Assembly (NCBI GenBank): GCA_009914755.4
Contig: CP068257.2
Location: 20,352,001-20,416,000, forward strand
Source: the human T2T-CHM13v2.0 reference genome, Homo sapiens
Reading direction: 5' to 3'
Length of the DNA: 64,000 nt
Shown here: in pieces, positions 39,935 to 51,650 of the stretch
Layout of the letters: every line of letters starts with the position of its first letter
Position numbering within the stretch: the stretch's first letter is position 1
Made by a program: the position numbers and the translations under genes
Notes under the pieces: generated by a model
Told to the model about the DNA's origin: nothing
Databases searched by the model: none
Seen by the model: only the letters and a program-made list of their open reading frames with translations

Positions 39935-42734
39935 AACTAACTAAAACAAATGAAAATAGTAAATTTCTCTTATTTTCCTTACGTAGTTTAAAATAAGGTC
40001 TTTCACTTAAAGATGGTGGATTTAACATGTGTTTTCCTTAATACTTTCTGAATTCCCAACAATAAAAAACACAATAAAAAGACCTGAAAAGGAGGAAAGC
40101 ATGCAGTTTACAAGAACGAACGGAATAGTAGAAAAATGGCAGGTTAAATTTTTTTTCTTGAAAGTTGAAAAGCAAATAAATTTGTGATAATTGACTTAGA
40201 CTGAGAAAGCAGAGATAAAAACCAATAGGAAGCTCAGATGTCATCTATGCGTCTTGCAAAATCTAGAATAGGTTCAGGTTCTTATGACACCAAGTGCCCT
40301 CAAAGTGGCTGCAAGGTTTAATTTAGGAGAATGGTTTGAAAGATACAAATAGGCTTCTAGAAAATTACCCACCAGAGGTAATATGTACTTAAGGAAATCA
40401 GGCACAGCTGAGGTGGGACTAACATATGGAAAATCGAAAGATTAAAAGATAATGTGTTAATTTAATGATGCGGCCGTTGTTCCAGCTCTATTCTCCTACT
40501 TTAAATCTAGCATGCAAAAATTCAAGCTTTCGCCAACAAGTAAGATGAATGATAGTTTTTTAAATGAAGAAAATAATGATACCAAAGAAAAGCATCTAGT
40601 TAATGGCATTTCTTTGTCCTCAAGGGAAAACTCAATAATACCACACCCTAAATTGAGGACCCTTTGATTAGTCTTCCTGTACAAATGCATAGTAGTCTCT
40701 TTCCCTGTCTTACTCTTCAACATAACCTGCCAGCTAAGATGGCCAAAATTAGAGAAAATTATATGCTATGAAAAAGAGTAAAATCAAACTAAATGACAAA
40801 CAAATTGCAGCAGATAGTCCAAACAAGAAGCAGGAAATGTTTTTTAAAACTCAATATTTTCATAGAGATAAAAGAAGATAAAACACCCATATATCTAGGA
40901 CAGTATGCCATTAAAATAAATAAATAAATAAAAACAAAACCAAAATAGTTGATTTAGGTAAAAAAGTAAATATGATATTTGTAGTATTTCCAAAGTAGAT
41001 ATCTGAAACGGTATTTTTCTTTCTTCCTAAAATAGACATTACTACATTCCCCCATAATTCAATACAATCTAGCAAATATGAGTAGAAGTAAGGAGCAGAA
41101 CATACCTAAAACTTAACACATTCTAGCAAAGAAATTCACTCACTATTCTCTTTTAAATTACCCAGCACATAGCAGATTTTTAGTTTGCTTTGAATTGAAA
41201 GAACTGATTTCTCTGAGAAATAGCATAATATGTTTGCTTAGGTGTACCATTCCAACAAATAATTCAAATACTCAAAGTCAGTAGAACCTAAATCAAAAGC
41301 AGAAATATTAATTTCCTTTTAAAATATTTAAATGTTTAAAATGTTACATTACTTTAGGTTTATAATCTGAAAAAAAAAGTATATATTCATAGTACTGCTT
41401 ATGCATATTTAATCACATATTTCTAAAGCAGATAATCTAAACTCAGTATAGTAATCAAATTTTAGAGAAAATCTAAAATTTTAGTATAATATGTACTCTA
41501 AATTTTTTTTTTAATTTTTAACATAATGTGTAGTTTTTTGAAATTAAATTTTGAACCCATGAATTTTGGTTTTATTAAGAGTAAGCCAGAATGCCATGAA
41601 CTCAAAAATGAAAAACATCAAATTAAATAACAATCACAATAATACTCTGGGATTTAAAAATTAACAAAAGATCAAACTGAGGAAATGAATTAGGTATTTA
41701 AGTAGTTTTGTTTGGTTGGAGTTATGAAAGATTACATAAATGAATAGGCAAGTACAAATAGTGTGATTTATTTTGCCACAGAAAATAATGGAAATTCTGA
41801 GTTGTTTATTTAAATTTTGCACTGAAACATAATAAAAGTATAAAGCATAAACTAACTGAAAAGTTTCTAAACTTCTACACTCTAACATTGACATATTTCA
41901 ATTTAGTAAAGACTTTTAGCCACTTTAACAAACAACAAAGCCAGCTGACATTTATGCAAGCAGCTCTTTTCTCTTTCCAGTAACAGCTTAAAATTGTCTT
42001 TTTGGAAAACACCATACAATTTAATTATTATTGAACAGTCAGAAGGATTAGTTAGTAGAGAATATAAATCAGCAGTTTTATTAAAGCATGAAATTAAATA
42101 CCTCATATAGAAGACGAAAGCCTCAAGAGTTTAAAGATGGTGCTATTGACATATCAGTTCATTCTAATATAAGTGATTAGTAGTTGCATTTATATAAATG
42201 GTTGGAAGGGTCCGGTGGTATTAAGTGCACACACCAAATAATTCTATCAAAATTTTTAAATGTCTTAAGCTTATATTCATTTAACAGCTCAATTACATAT
42301 TCTCATTCACATAAAACACCCAGGGCAAATTTTCATAACTGAGGGAAATGAGGAATTGAGATGATTATCCCAATAATTTAGACTCAAAATCACACTAGGG
42401 GTTCCAAGGAACTGGAAAGCGGGAACAATTTATACTTTGAATCAAAGAAGCAATATTCTATGATAGTTTCCTAACTTATGTAACTAACTCTTTTGGCTCA
42501 CATGTTTTTTCAGAAACCTGAGGAGGGGAAAGGAGAAAAGTAATCTTTGGGGCAGGCATGACCAGGTGATGGGCAAATATTAAGTGACCTGAGTATGTCC
42601 TTCATTCCTCTGCTGAACTGAAAACTGTGTTATCCTTTCTATTAAAAATAGTCTAATTACATGCAGCTGAGCAAAACATCAGGTTTTCTACAAAAGATCC
42701 ACAACATAAATTCTAGTAAATTAAGAAAAAAACT

Positions 42735-43280
<546 letters not shown>

Positions 43281-43297
43281 TTAAAAAGGAAGCATTT

Positions 43298-43617
43298 GGC
43301 TGGGTATATTGGGTGGCTCATGCCTCTAAACCCAGAACTTTAAAAGGAGGCCGAGACGGGCAGATCATGAGGTGAGGAGTTTGAGACCAGCCTGACCAAC
43401 ATGGGGAAATCCCATGTCAATTAAAAATACAAAAAATAGCTGGACGTGGTGGCCTGCGCCTGTGCCTGTAATCCCAGACACTCAGGAGGCAAAGGCAGGA
43501 GAATTGCTTGAACCCAGGAGACGGAGATTGCAGTGAGCCAAGATTGCACCACTGCACTCCAGCCTGGGCAACAGAGCAAGATTCCATCTCAAAAAAAAAA
43601 AAGAAAGAAAAGAAAGA
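43298..43617 (+). mobile_element. Alu SINE (older, diverged)
   Basis: ggctgggtatattgggtggctcatgcctctaaacccagaactttaaaaggaggccgagacgggcagatcatgaggtgaggagtttgagaccagcctgaccaacatgg... Confidence 0.9.
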
Positions 43618-43984
43618 AATGTTTTACATATTTAGATGATTTGCTGCTAAGACAATGCAAAGCTTTAGTATTATTTGAATAGATTTGCAATAATTGATAT
43701 ATAAAGGTGAGCTCACAGCTCCTCAACTTGACTGACATATTTGAGCATGTTGTTTCAAAACACCTAATGAAATTATTTTTTTTTTTTGGTAGTGGATATA
43801 AGCTTTTTAAAACTTCTTTTTCTTGACAGTTGTGTAAATCTTTTAGATAAGATTTTCAAATACCAAGAGATCACTCAAACTTCAGAGGTAACAATTAAAG
43901 AAGCCTATTAAAACTAGCCTCTATAAACATGTTAAAGGCATTAAGTTCCAATCTATGTCTTCGTAGGACACAAAATAGACAAAG

Positions 43985-44222
43985 AAAAGTGACTATGATG
44001 TAGCCTTTGATCTGAACGTTTGTAACCCCCCCACAAACATCCCCCTGCAAAGTTCATATGTTGAAATCCAAGTCCCTGAATAATGGTGTTTGAAGGTGGG
44101 GCCTTTGGGAGGTAGTTAGGCCACAAGGGTGAAGCCTTCATGAATGGGATTAGTGCCTTAATAAGAAGCCATAGAGCTAGCTCTAGCTCTTTCTGCAAGT
44201 GAAGATGCAATGAAAACTAGTA
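43985..44222 (-). repeat. MLT1-like (MaLR) LTR fragment
   Basis: cccccccacaaacatccccctgcaaagttcatatgttgaaatccaagtccctgaataatggtgtttgaaggtggggcctttgggaggtagttaggcc..gggattagtgccttaataagaag matches the common MaLR LTR motif ..ccccaaaattcatatgttgaagccctaaccccc..ggagatggggcctttgggaggtaattagg..gggattagtgcccttataagaag. Confidence 0.5.
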
Positions 44223-44225
44223 GTC

Positions 44226-44545
<320 letters not shown>

Positions 44546-45285
44546 GCAAACTTGAAAAGGCTCCTCATAAAACCCGGTTAGGATGGTGCTCATCTCCAAT
44601 TTCCATCCTCCAAGACTATGAGAAATAAGTTTCCATTATTGATAAGCCACACAGTCTATAGTACATTTTTATCATTATGGCATTTTAACAAAATCACATA
44701 TCTCACTTGCATTACTTTAAATATCTTCCTCAAATATTTAAGACAATTATGTGGCTAACTTTGCATTAGACTGGGTTGACAAATTGTTATTCTATTCATA
44801 CACTATATAAACAATGTATAGCATTTCATCTTTATATAAAATTTCACCCAAATTCAAGCTTGTTTTATTTATTTCCTTATTTTTGGCTAATAGTTTCAGG
44901 CAAGGAAATATCATTGGTCAATATTGAACATCAGAAATGTTGAAGTGAGTAAATTTGAAAAATCATAGCTGAAAGCAATCTAGGGAATTAAACATGCTTT
45001 GGACAACACTATTTCTCCATTTTAATTGTCTGAACTTTTTGGATGAGTCTGCTATTGCCAAGCAATTCACATGTTCATGATATAACACGAATAATGTTAA
45101 ATGGCTCACTGCACTCTCATTTAAATGCAGTAGGTTATTTTTCATGATTTTGTTTATTCCTTTATTATGAAGACTGGTAAAACAAAATAAAATTCCAATC
45201 ATTATAGGGGTTTAAAATAAACCAAAGTTCATCATCATAAAATGATAGAATAAACATTTTATCACAAAACTTTCACTTAAGACAT

Positions 45286-45528
45286 AAAATGTCTTCTAGG
45301 GTTTTTATGGTTTTAGGTCTTACGTTTAAATCTTTAATCCATCTTGAGTTAATTTTTGTATAAGGTATAAGGAAGGGGTCCAGTTTCAGTTCTCTGCATA
45401 TGGCTAGCCAGTTTTCCCAACACCATTTATTAAATAGGAAATTTTTTCCCCATTGCTTGTTTTTGTCAAAGATCAGATGGTTGTAGATGTGTGGTGTTAT
45501 TTCTGAGTCTTCTGTTCTGTTCCACATA
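45286..45528 (-). mobile_element. L1 ORF2 segment (about aa 855-925), antisense; the inverted segment of a twin-primed L1PA-type insertion
   Basis: The minus-strand ORF 45273-45653 contains [80 protein letters not shown], which is L1 ORF2. Confidence 0.8.
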
Positions 45529-45529
45529 C

Positions 45530-46619
45530 GCATGGGCAATGACTTAATGACTAAAACACCAAAAGCAATTGCAACAAAAGCCAAAGTAGACAAATGGGAT
45601 TTAATTAAACTAAAGAGCTTCTGCATGGCAAAAGAAACTATCGTCGGAGTCAACAGGCAACCTACAGAATGGGAGAAAATTTTGCAATCTCTCCATCTGA
45701 CAAAGGGCTAATATCCAGAATCTACAAGGCACTTACACAAATTTACAAGAAAATAAAAAAAAAACATCAAAACTGGGCAAAGGATATAAACAGACACTTT
45801 CAAAAGAAGACATTTATGCGGCCAAAAAACATGAAAAAAAGGTCATCATCACTGGTTGTTAGAGAAATGCAAATCAAAACCACAATGAGATACCATCTCA
45901 TGCCAGTTAGAATGGCGATCATTAAAAAGTCAGGAAAAAACAGTTACTGGAGAGGTTGTAGAGAAATAGGAAGGCTTTTACACTGTTGGTGGGCGTATAA
46001 ATTAGTTCAACCATTGTGTAAGACAGTGTCGCGATTCCTCAAGGATCTGGAACTAGAAATACCATTTGATCAGCAATCTCATTACTGGGTATATGCACAA
46101 AGGATTATGACTCATTCTACTACAAAGACACATGCACATGTATGTTTATTGCAGCATTATTCACAATAGCGAGAACTTGGAACCAACACAAATGCCCATC
46201 AATTTTAGACTGGATTAAGAAAATGTGGCACACATACATCATGGAATACTATGCAGCCATAGGAAAGAATGAGTTCATGTCCTTTGGAGGGACATGGATG
46301 AAGCTGGAAACCATCATTCTCGGCAGACTAACACAGGAACAGAAAACCAAACACCGCATGTTGTCACTCATAATTGCTCATAAGTGGGAGTTGAACACTG
46401 AGAACATAAGGGCACAGGGAAGGAGGGAACATCACACACCGGGGCCTGTTGGGGGTTAGGGCTCTAGGGGAGGGATTGCATTAGGAGAAATACCTAATGC
46501 AGATGACAGGTTGATGAGTGCAGAAAACTACCATGGCACATGTAAACCTATGTAACAAACCTGCACGTTCTGCACATGTATCCCAGAACTTAAAGTATAA
46601 TTAAAAAAAAAAAAAAAGG
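45530..46619 (+). mobile_element. L1 (L1PA-like) ORF2 from about aa 930, through the 3' UTR to the poly-A tail; the direct segment of the same insertion
   Basis: Plus-strand ORFs: [42 protein letters not shown]..; [40 protein letters not shown]..; FIAALFTIARTWNQHKCPS..WIKKMWH.YIMEYYAAIGKNEFMSFGGTWMKLETIIL..QKTKHRMLSLI. The 3' UTR reads gggagggattgcattaggagaaatacctaatgcagatgacaggttgatgagtgcag..cacatgtatcccagaacttaaagtataattaaaaaaaaaaaaaaa. Confidence 0.9.
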
Positions 46620-49600
46620 TAATGATAATCTAATTCGTGGAATTTCTGAAAAATTGACTTCTAAACTGTAAGAATAATTTGGTTTACAGCATGTTCTACC
46701 AATATGGAAGTATTTACTGAAAATATTGAATGACATACATATTTGAAAATGATAGATCTTTCCATGTACCATAAAAATTGAGTCATTGTCAACTTAGTGT
46801 TTGCTTTTCCCAAGCAAATTAAACATTTATTGCTGGAAGAAATGAAAAACATGGCTCCACAACCCTTTCTGTGTCTCACATTGGATAGTCAGTATTTTTT
46901 GCACAGAAGGACAACCATCATAAGCAAATTAAGTGATTGCCTATGACATTTCTCCCAAATATTTACAGATAATTTTTAAATGTAATTTTTCAATAACGAT
47001 AAAAGGTTAAAGTGAAGACATCATTCAAAGGTGGGCATGACAGTGTAGAAACCAATTAGGGAAGGGTAGGTATATGTAAAATAGGTGAAGGGTGGGGAAA
47101 TCAGAGGAAAGCCCACTAAACAGGGAGACAAGTTGCCAAGCCAGTCTGAGGATTTAACTTGTAGCTTGACTTTCAGGCTTTAAATTGTCTTCGGCTTAGA
47201 GGTGACGTTTCACCAGGGACCCACCCCTATCTGCCTAGGCATTTGGTTGCCTCCTGCCCTCTCACATTGATGAAATGCATTACGAAAATATTAAAACTAA
47301 CAATACCAAATGTATAACTAGCTATATTATAAAAAAGAAAATGTAATAATGAAAACTGTTAAGATCTAATCTTTCACATATTCGGTATTCACTGGTATGA
47401 AAAAGGGTGATCTAGTGCCATTTTTATAACTTTCCCAATTAGTGAAGAATAAACACACTTGGGAACATAAATATTTAGAAGTAGGTACAACATACATAGT
47501 CAAAGATCAAACTTTTGTCCCACAATTTAATAATATTAGCAAGAAAATTAAACAAAAACAAAATAGCAAAAAATTCGGGATGAATTATCACTTTATAACT
47601 ATTTAAAGCTACTTTATTACAGTAACATTTTTTCCTCTATACCTACTGAAAAATATAATACATTTTACTGGAATCACCTAAGATATCAAATTGGTTAAAT
47701 TTAACATTTAAATTGTATTTTTATAACCCAGGAATTTTACATTCCACGTAAATAAATGATAATGGAGGAGTAGAATTTTCAATAACTAATATATTTACTC
47801 TTTTTCAGATAAGTGCCAATGCTGATTTTTGGTGCTAAACACATCACATACAGATTCACAGTTTGGAATGTAGCAAGCGTGTTAACATTTTCTCCTCAAG
47901 CGATATATTTTTCTGAGCTGTGTTAGAAGTGAATGTTGTGTTTCGTTAAAAAGGAAATTTGCATGTATAGCTTGTTTATTTCTAGAATGTGTTGTTGGCT
48001 TACCTTTAAAAACTCAAAATATCTAAGGCTTGAATTCTAGCTGGGTGATGGGATCATTCATACGCCAAACCTCAGTAACACAAAATTTGTCCATGTGTTG
48101 AACCTGAAGATGTACACCTTAAACCTAACATTAAAGTTGAGAGAAAAGAAATAAAATAAAATTAAAATAAAATAATAAACAAAAATATCTAATGCTTGCT
48201 TGGAATCATCTTTGTATGAGAACTCTAGAACTTGAGTAAAGAATATTGCCTTGTTGCAACAAGTTGCTTATTGAAAATCAGATTCCTTTTTATTTTTTAC
48301 AGTGGATGCCTTATGATGGGTACTCCGGAAGCAGAAAATAATACAGAATGTGAGTCTTAAGGTATTTATCAGGATCCACACCTGTGAAAAGAATGGGAAG
48401 AAACAGGATTGGCAGAGGGAGAATGTGAGCTATGACAAATGTGCAGACAATTTGCAAAGAGCATGGCTTGAGATTTTCATATGAGAATTGTCCTCCATAA
48501 GGCCAAACTGGCTGGACTTTTTCTTCTCCACCTAGATCATCCCCTGAGAAGGTTGAGAGCTTGAACCAGTGAGCTGTCTGCAAATCTGGAAGATCCCGAA
48601 GTGTCTGATGACCAGGTCAACTCCCCAGAGCCATAGGACACATTTTCCCTCGCAAGAGTATGTAAGCAGCCTGTCACCATGTCTACCACAGTGTAACCCT
48701 TAGACAGATCATCTCTAATTCCACGTGAACATTGAACAGGTGGCTCTGCTATGAAGTGATGGACCACCCTTCCTGAGAGACACTTAGAATAAGGAAGTTA
48801 GTGAAACTTTGCTTATCTGGTATGGTGACCTTTACCCTGATTCATGATGTGCTTGAGCCTCCTGGTCACCATGTACCCAAAGGCTGTTTTACTTGTCCAT
48901 TTACATTCATATTTTCACAAAGGAAGGCACTAAATAGATCATCTGGTTCCCAGGCATATTATTCTTTTCTCTCTCTCTGTACTAGAGCAACCTTACCTCC
49001 TCCTGATAATTAATTCCTGCCAATTTAGTACTTCTTTCTTTTGCCTACTCTTCCCTTTACCCAAAGAATCAAAATTTCACAGGAAACAGCCATCATTAAA
49101 TTAAATTAAACAGAAATGTAATTTTATAATTAAATTAGAATTAAATAGAACTTTTGCTATGTCTCCTAGAGAAATTGTGCTGCCATTACAGACTGAGACC
49201 TCTAATCCTGCAGAACCCTACATGTAGGAACAAGAAGCACAAACTCAATGGATCATTGTGAATGACAGTAAGTGGGAATGCTCATGCTTCTGTGACTTGG
49301 TTCCAGGCCTATGGGTGCTTCATGCTAGGAACACAATGTCTTTGATTCATTGTGTATTCTACATCTAGAAGGATGGCACCCAAGTTTCATCTGTTATTAT
49401 ATTCACACTTGAATTTCATATAGACTCTGAGCAGGCAATGCTCTATGAGAGTAGAAGTTTCTGGATGGTATAAGATCAGTGGGTATCATAAACTTGAGCC
49501 CCTTTCCTCACTCTTTGCTGTAAGGCATAGAACATGAGGCCAAGGCCGTGCATGTAAGAAAAAGAAACTCAGATCCAGAATTCATGTATATTTACATGAG

Positions 49601-49879
49601 AATAAGCCACCCACCATTGCAGAGTAGAAAGGCTGATTTTAGGCAACTTGTCTTCAAGAGGCCATCTGATCTCCTTGAGAATTAAATTCCCGTTGGGGTT
49701 TAGCTTTCAGCTTTCTTGCTGCTGGGATAGACATTTGGTGGTGCTAATAGCTAGAATAGTCATATCGATATCTTCATACTTAGCCTCCATCTCTGCCACT
49801 AAAACCACTTTGTTCATGTGCCCAACATGCCAATATTGATGTGTCCAGTGACTAAGGCCGGCTAATAAAATTTGCTTGC

Positions 49880-50240
49880 TGTATTAGTCTGCTCTCATGC
49901 TGCTGATAAAGACATATCTTAGACTGGGCAATTTACAAAATAAAAATGTTTAATGGACTCACAGTTCCATGTGGCTGGGGAAGCCTCACAATCATGGCGG
50001 AAGGTCAAAGTCACATCTCACATAGCAGCAGGCAAGAGAAAAGAGCTTGTGCAGGGAAATTCCCCTTTATAAAACCACCAGATCTCATGAGACTTATTCA
50101 CTATCATGAGAATAGCACAGGAAAGATCCACCCCCATGATTCAATTATTTACCACCAGGTCCCTCCCACAACACGTGGAAATTATGGGAGCTACAATTCA
50201 AGATGATATTTGGGTGGGGGCACAAAGCCAAACCATATCA
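49880..50240 (-). repeat. Solo THE1-type (MaLR) LTR
   Basis: tgtattagtctgctctcatgctgctgataaagacatatcttagactgggcaatttacaaaa..ggctggggaagcctcacaatcatggcggaaggtcaaag..cttgtgcagggaaattcccctttataaaaccaccagatctcatgagacttattcactatcatgagaatagcacaggaaag..attatgggagctacaattcaagatgatatttgggtgggggcacaaagccaaaccatatca is the reverse complement of the THE1 consensus. Confidence 0.85.
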
Positions 50241-50347
50241 CCTGGCTATTTTTTATATTTGGCTCTTTATTGCATGTGCTGTGTTGAAGTGCTCTCTGGT
50301 GGGCGTTAAAATGTGATAAATATTACTCACTGTCTCTACTCTGTAAT

Positions 50348-50574
50348 TCCTTGTTCCCTGTTTCTTCCCCTTCCCCCTCCTCCTCCTCCTTCTTCTTCCT
50401 CTCCTCCTCCTCCTCCTTCTTCTTCTTCTTTTCTTCTGCTTCTTCCTCTTCTTCCTCTTCTTCTTTTTCTTCTTCTTCTTCTTCTTCTTCTTCTTCTTCT
50501 TCTTCTTCTTCTTCTTCTTCTTCTTCTTCTTCTTCCTCTTCCTCCTCTTCTTCCTCTTCTTCTCCTTCTTCTTC
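50348..50574. repeat. Long polypyrimidine (CTT/CCT)n microsatellite, equivalent to (GAA/GGA)n on the minus strand
   Basis: About 225 bp of C/T only on the plus strand, with three isolated G. Dominated by (CTT)n, with an uninterrupted (CTT) run of about 30 units at 50470-50560. Confidence 0.95.
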
Positions 50575-50842
50575 TTGGTATTTGTAACCATTTGGCTAGA
50601 AAAATTGCTACTGCTAAGGAGTCTCTATATATTCCACAAACTGTAATAACAGATACACTACCTGAAGTCCTGGCCAGAGGGAGGATTTCCCATCACCCCT
50701 GTTTGCCAAGGCCACATTGAGTGAAACTGTAGTAAGCTGCCAAACATTTATGGCTTATGTCCATGTAGTGATGGGTACCACCACCCATGCACGCATTGAT
50801 TCTTTTAAGTATTTTTATTTTAAAATTTTTAAAATAATTTCA

Positions 50843-51556
50843 ACTTTTTTTTTAGATTCAAGGGGTATATGTGCAGGTTTGTTACATAGGTATTTTGCAT
50901 GATGCTGAGGTATGGGATTTGAATGATCCCATCACCCAGGTAGTGAGCATACTTTTTCAACCTTTGTTTTGACAATTAGTTTTTCAATTCTTGTTTACCT
51001 GCTTCCCTCGCCCCTCCAATAGTCCCCAGGATCTATTATTCCCATCTTTATGTCCATGAGTACTCAATGTTTAGCTCCCATTTATAAATGAGAACATGTG
51101 ATATCTGGTTTTCTGTTCCTGTCTTAATTCGCTTAAGATAATGGCCACTAGCTGCATCCATGTTGTTGCAAAGGACATGATCTCATTGTTTTTTATGGCT
51201 GCATAGTATTCCATGGTGTATATGTACCACATTTTCTTCATCCAATCTGCCATGGACGGGCACCTAGATTGATTCTATGTCTTTGCCATTGTGCATGGTG
51301 CCATGATAACCATACAAGTGCATGTGTCATTCTGGTGGAATGATTTATTTTCTTTTAGATTTTTGGGTCAGATGTAGTTCTGTTTCAAGTTCTTCAAGAA
51401 ATCTCCAAACTGTTTCCACAGTGGCTGAACTAATTTGCATTCCCAACAACAATGTGTAAGTGATCTCTTTTCTCTGCAGTCTCATCAGCATCTGTTGTTT
51501 TCTAAACTTTTTAAACATAGCCATTCTGATTTATGTGAGATGGTATCTCATTGTGC
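50843..51556 (-). mobile_element. L1 3' fragment (old subfamily, L1PB/L1MA-like), 5'-truncated, minus orientation with a poly-T head
   Basis: ttttttttt agattcaaggggtatatgtgcaggtttgttacataggtattttgcatgatgctgaggtatgggatttgaatgatcccatcacccagg.. is the antisense of the old-L1 3' UTR. It continues with the antisense of the ORF2 C-terminus (ccatggtgtatatgtaccacattttcttcatccaatctgccatggacgggcacctagattgattc..). Confidence 0.8.
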
Positions 51557-51650
51557 TTTTTCAAGAGTGGAAAAAAATCTCCATCATTTTTCTGGGATGG
51601 AAGCCTGGGCCTGCCCACTGACTCCATTTCAATTCAGCATTCTAAGAGTG

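Noticed and set aside
48300-49880. Non-repetitive-looking 1.5-kb block ending in ..ggctaataaaatttgcttgc immediately before the THE1 LTR. ORFs at 48311-48767 and 48801-49013.
   Set aside because: It could be an unrecognised LTR (AATAAA near its end), but I cannot match it to a family from memory. The ORFs have no recognisable domains. Left unannotated.
50253-50720. ORFs encoding a 112-aa poly-Lys/Arg protein (minus strand) and poly-Leu/Ser/Pro proteins (plus strand)
   Set aside because: These are translation artefacts of the (CTT/GAA)n microsatellite. No start context and no flanking coding sequence.
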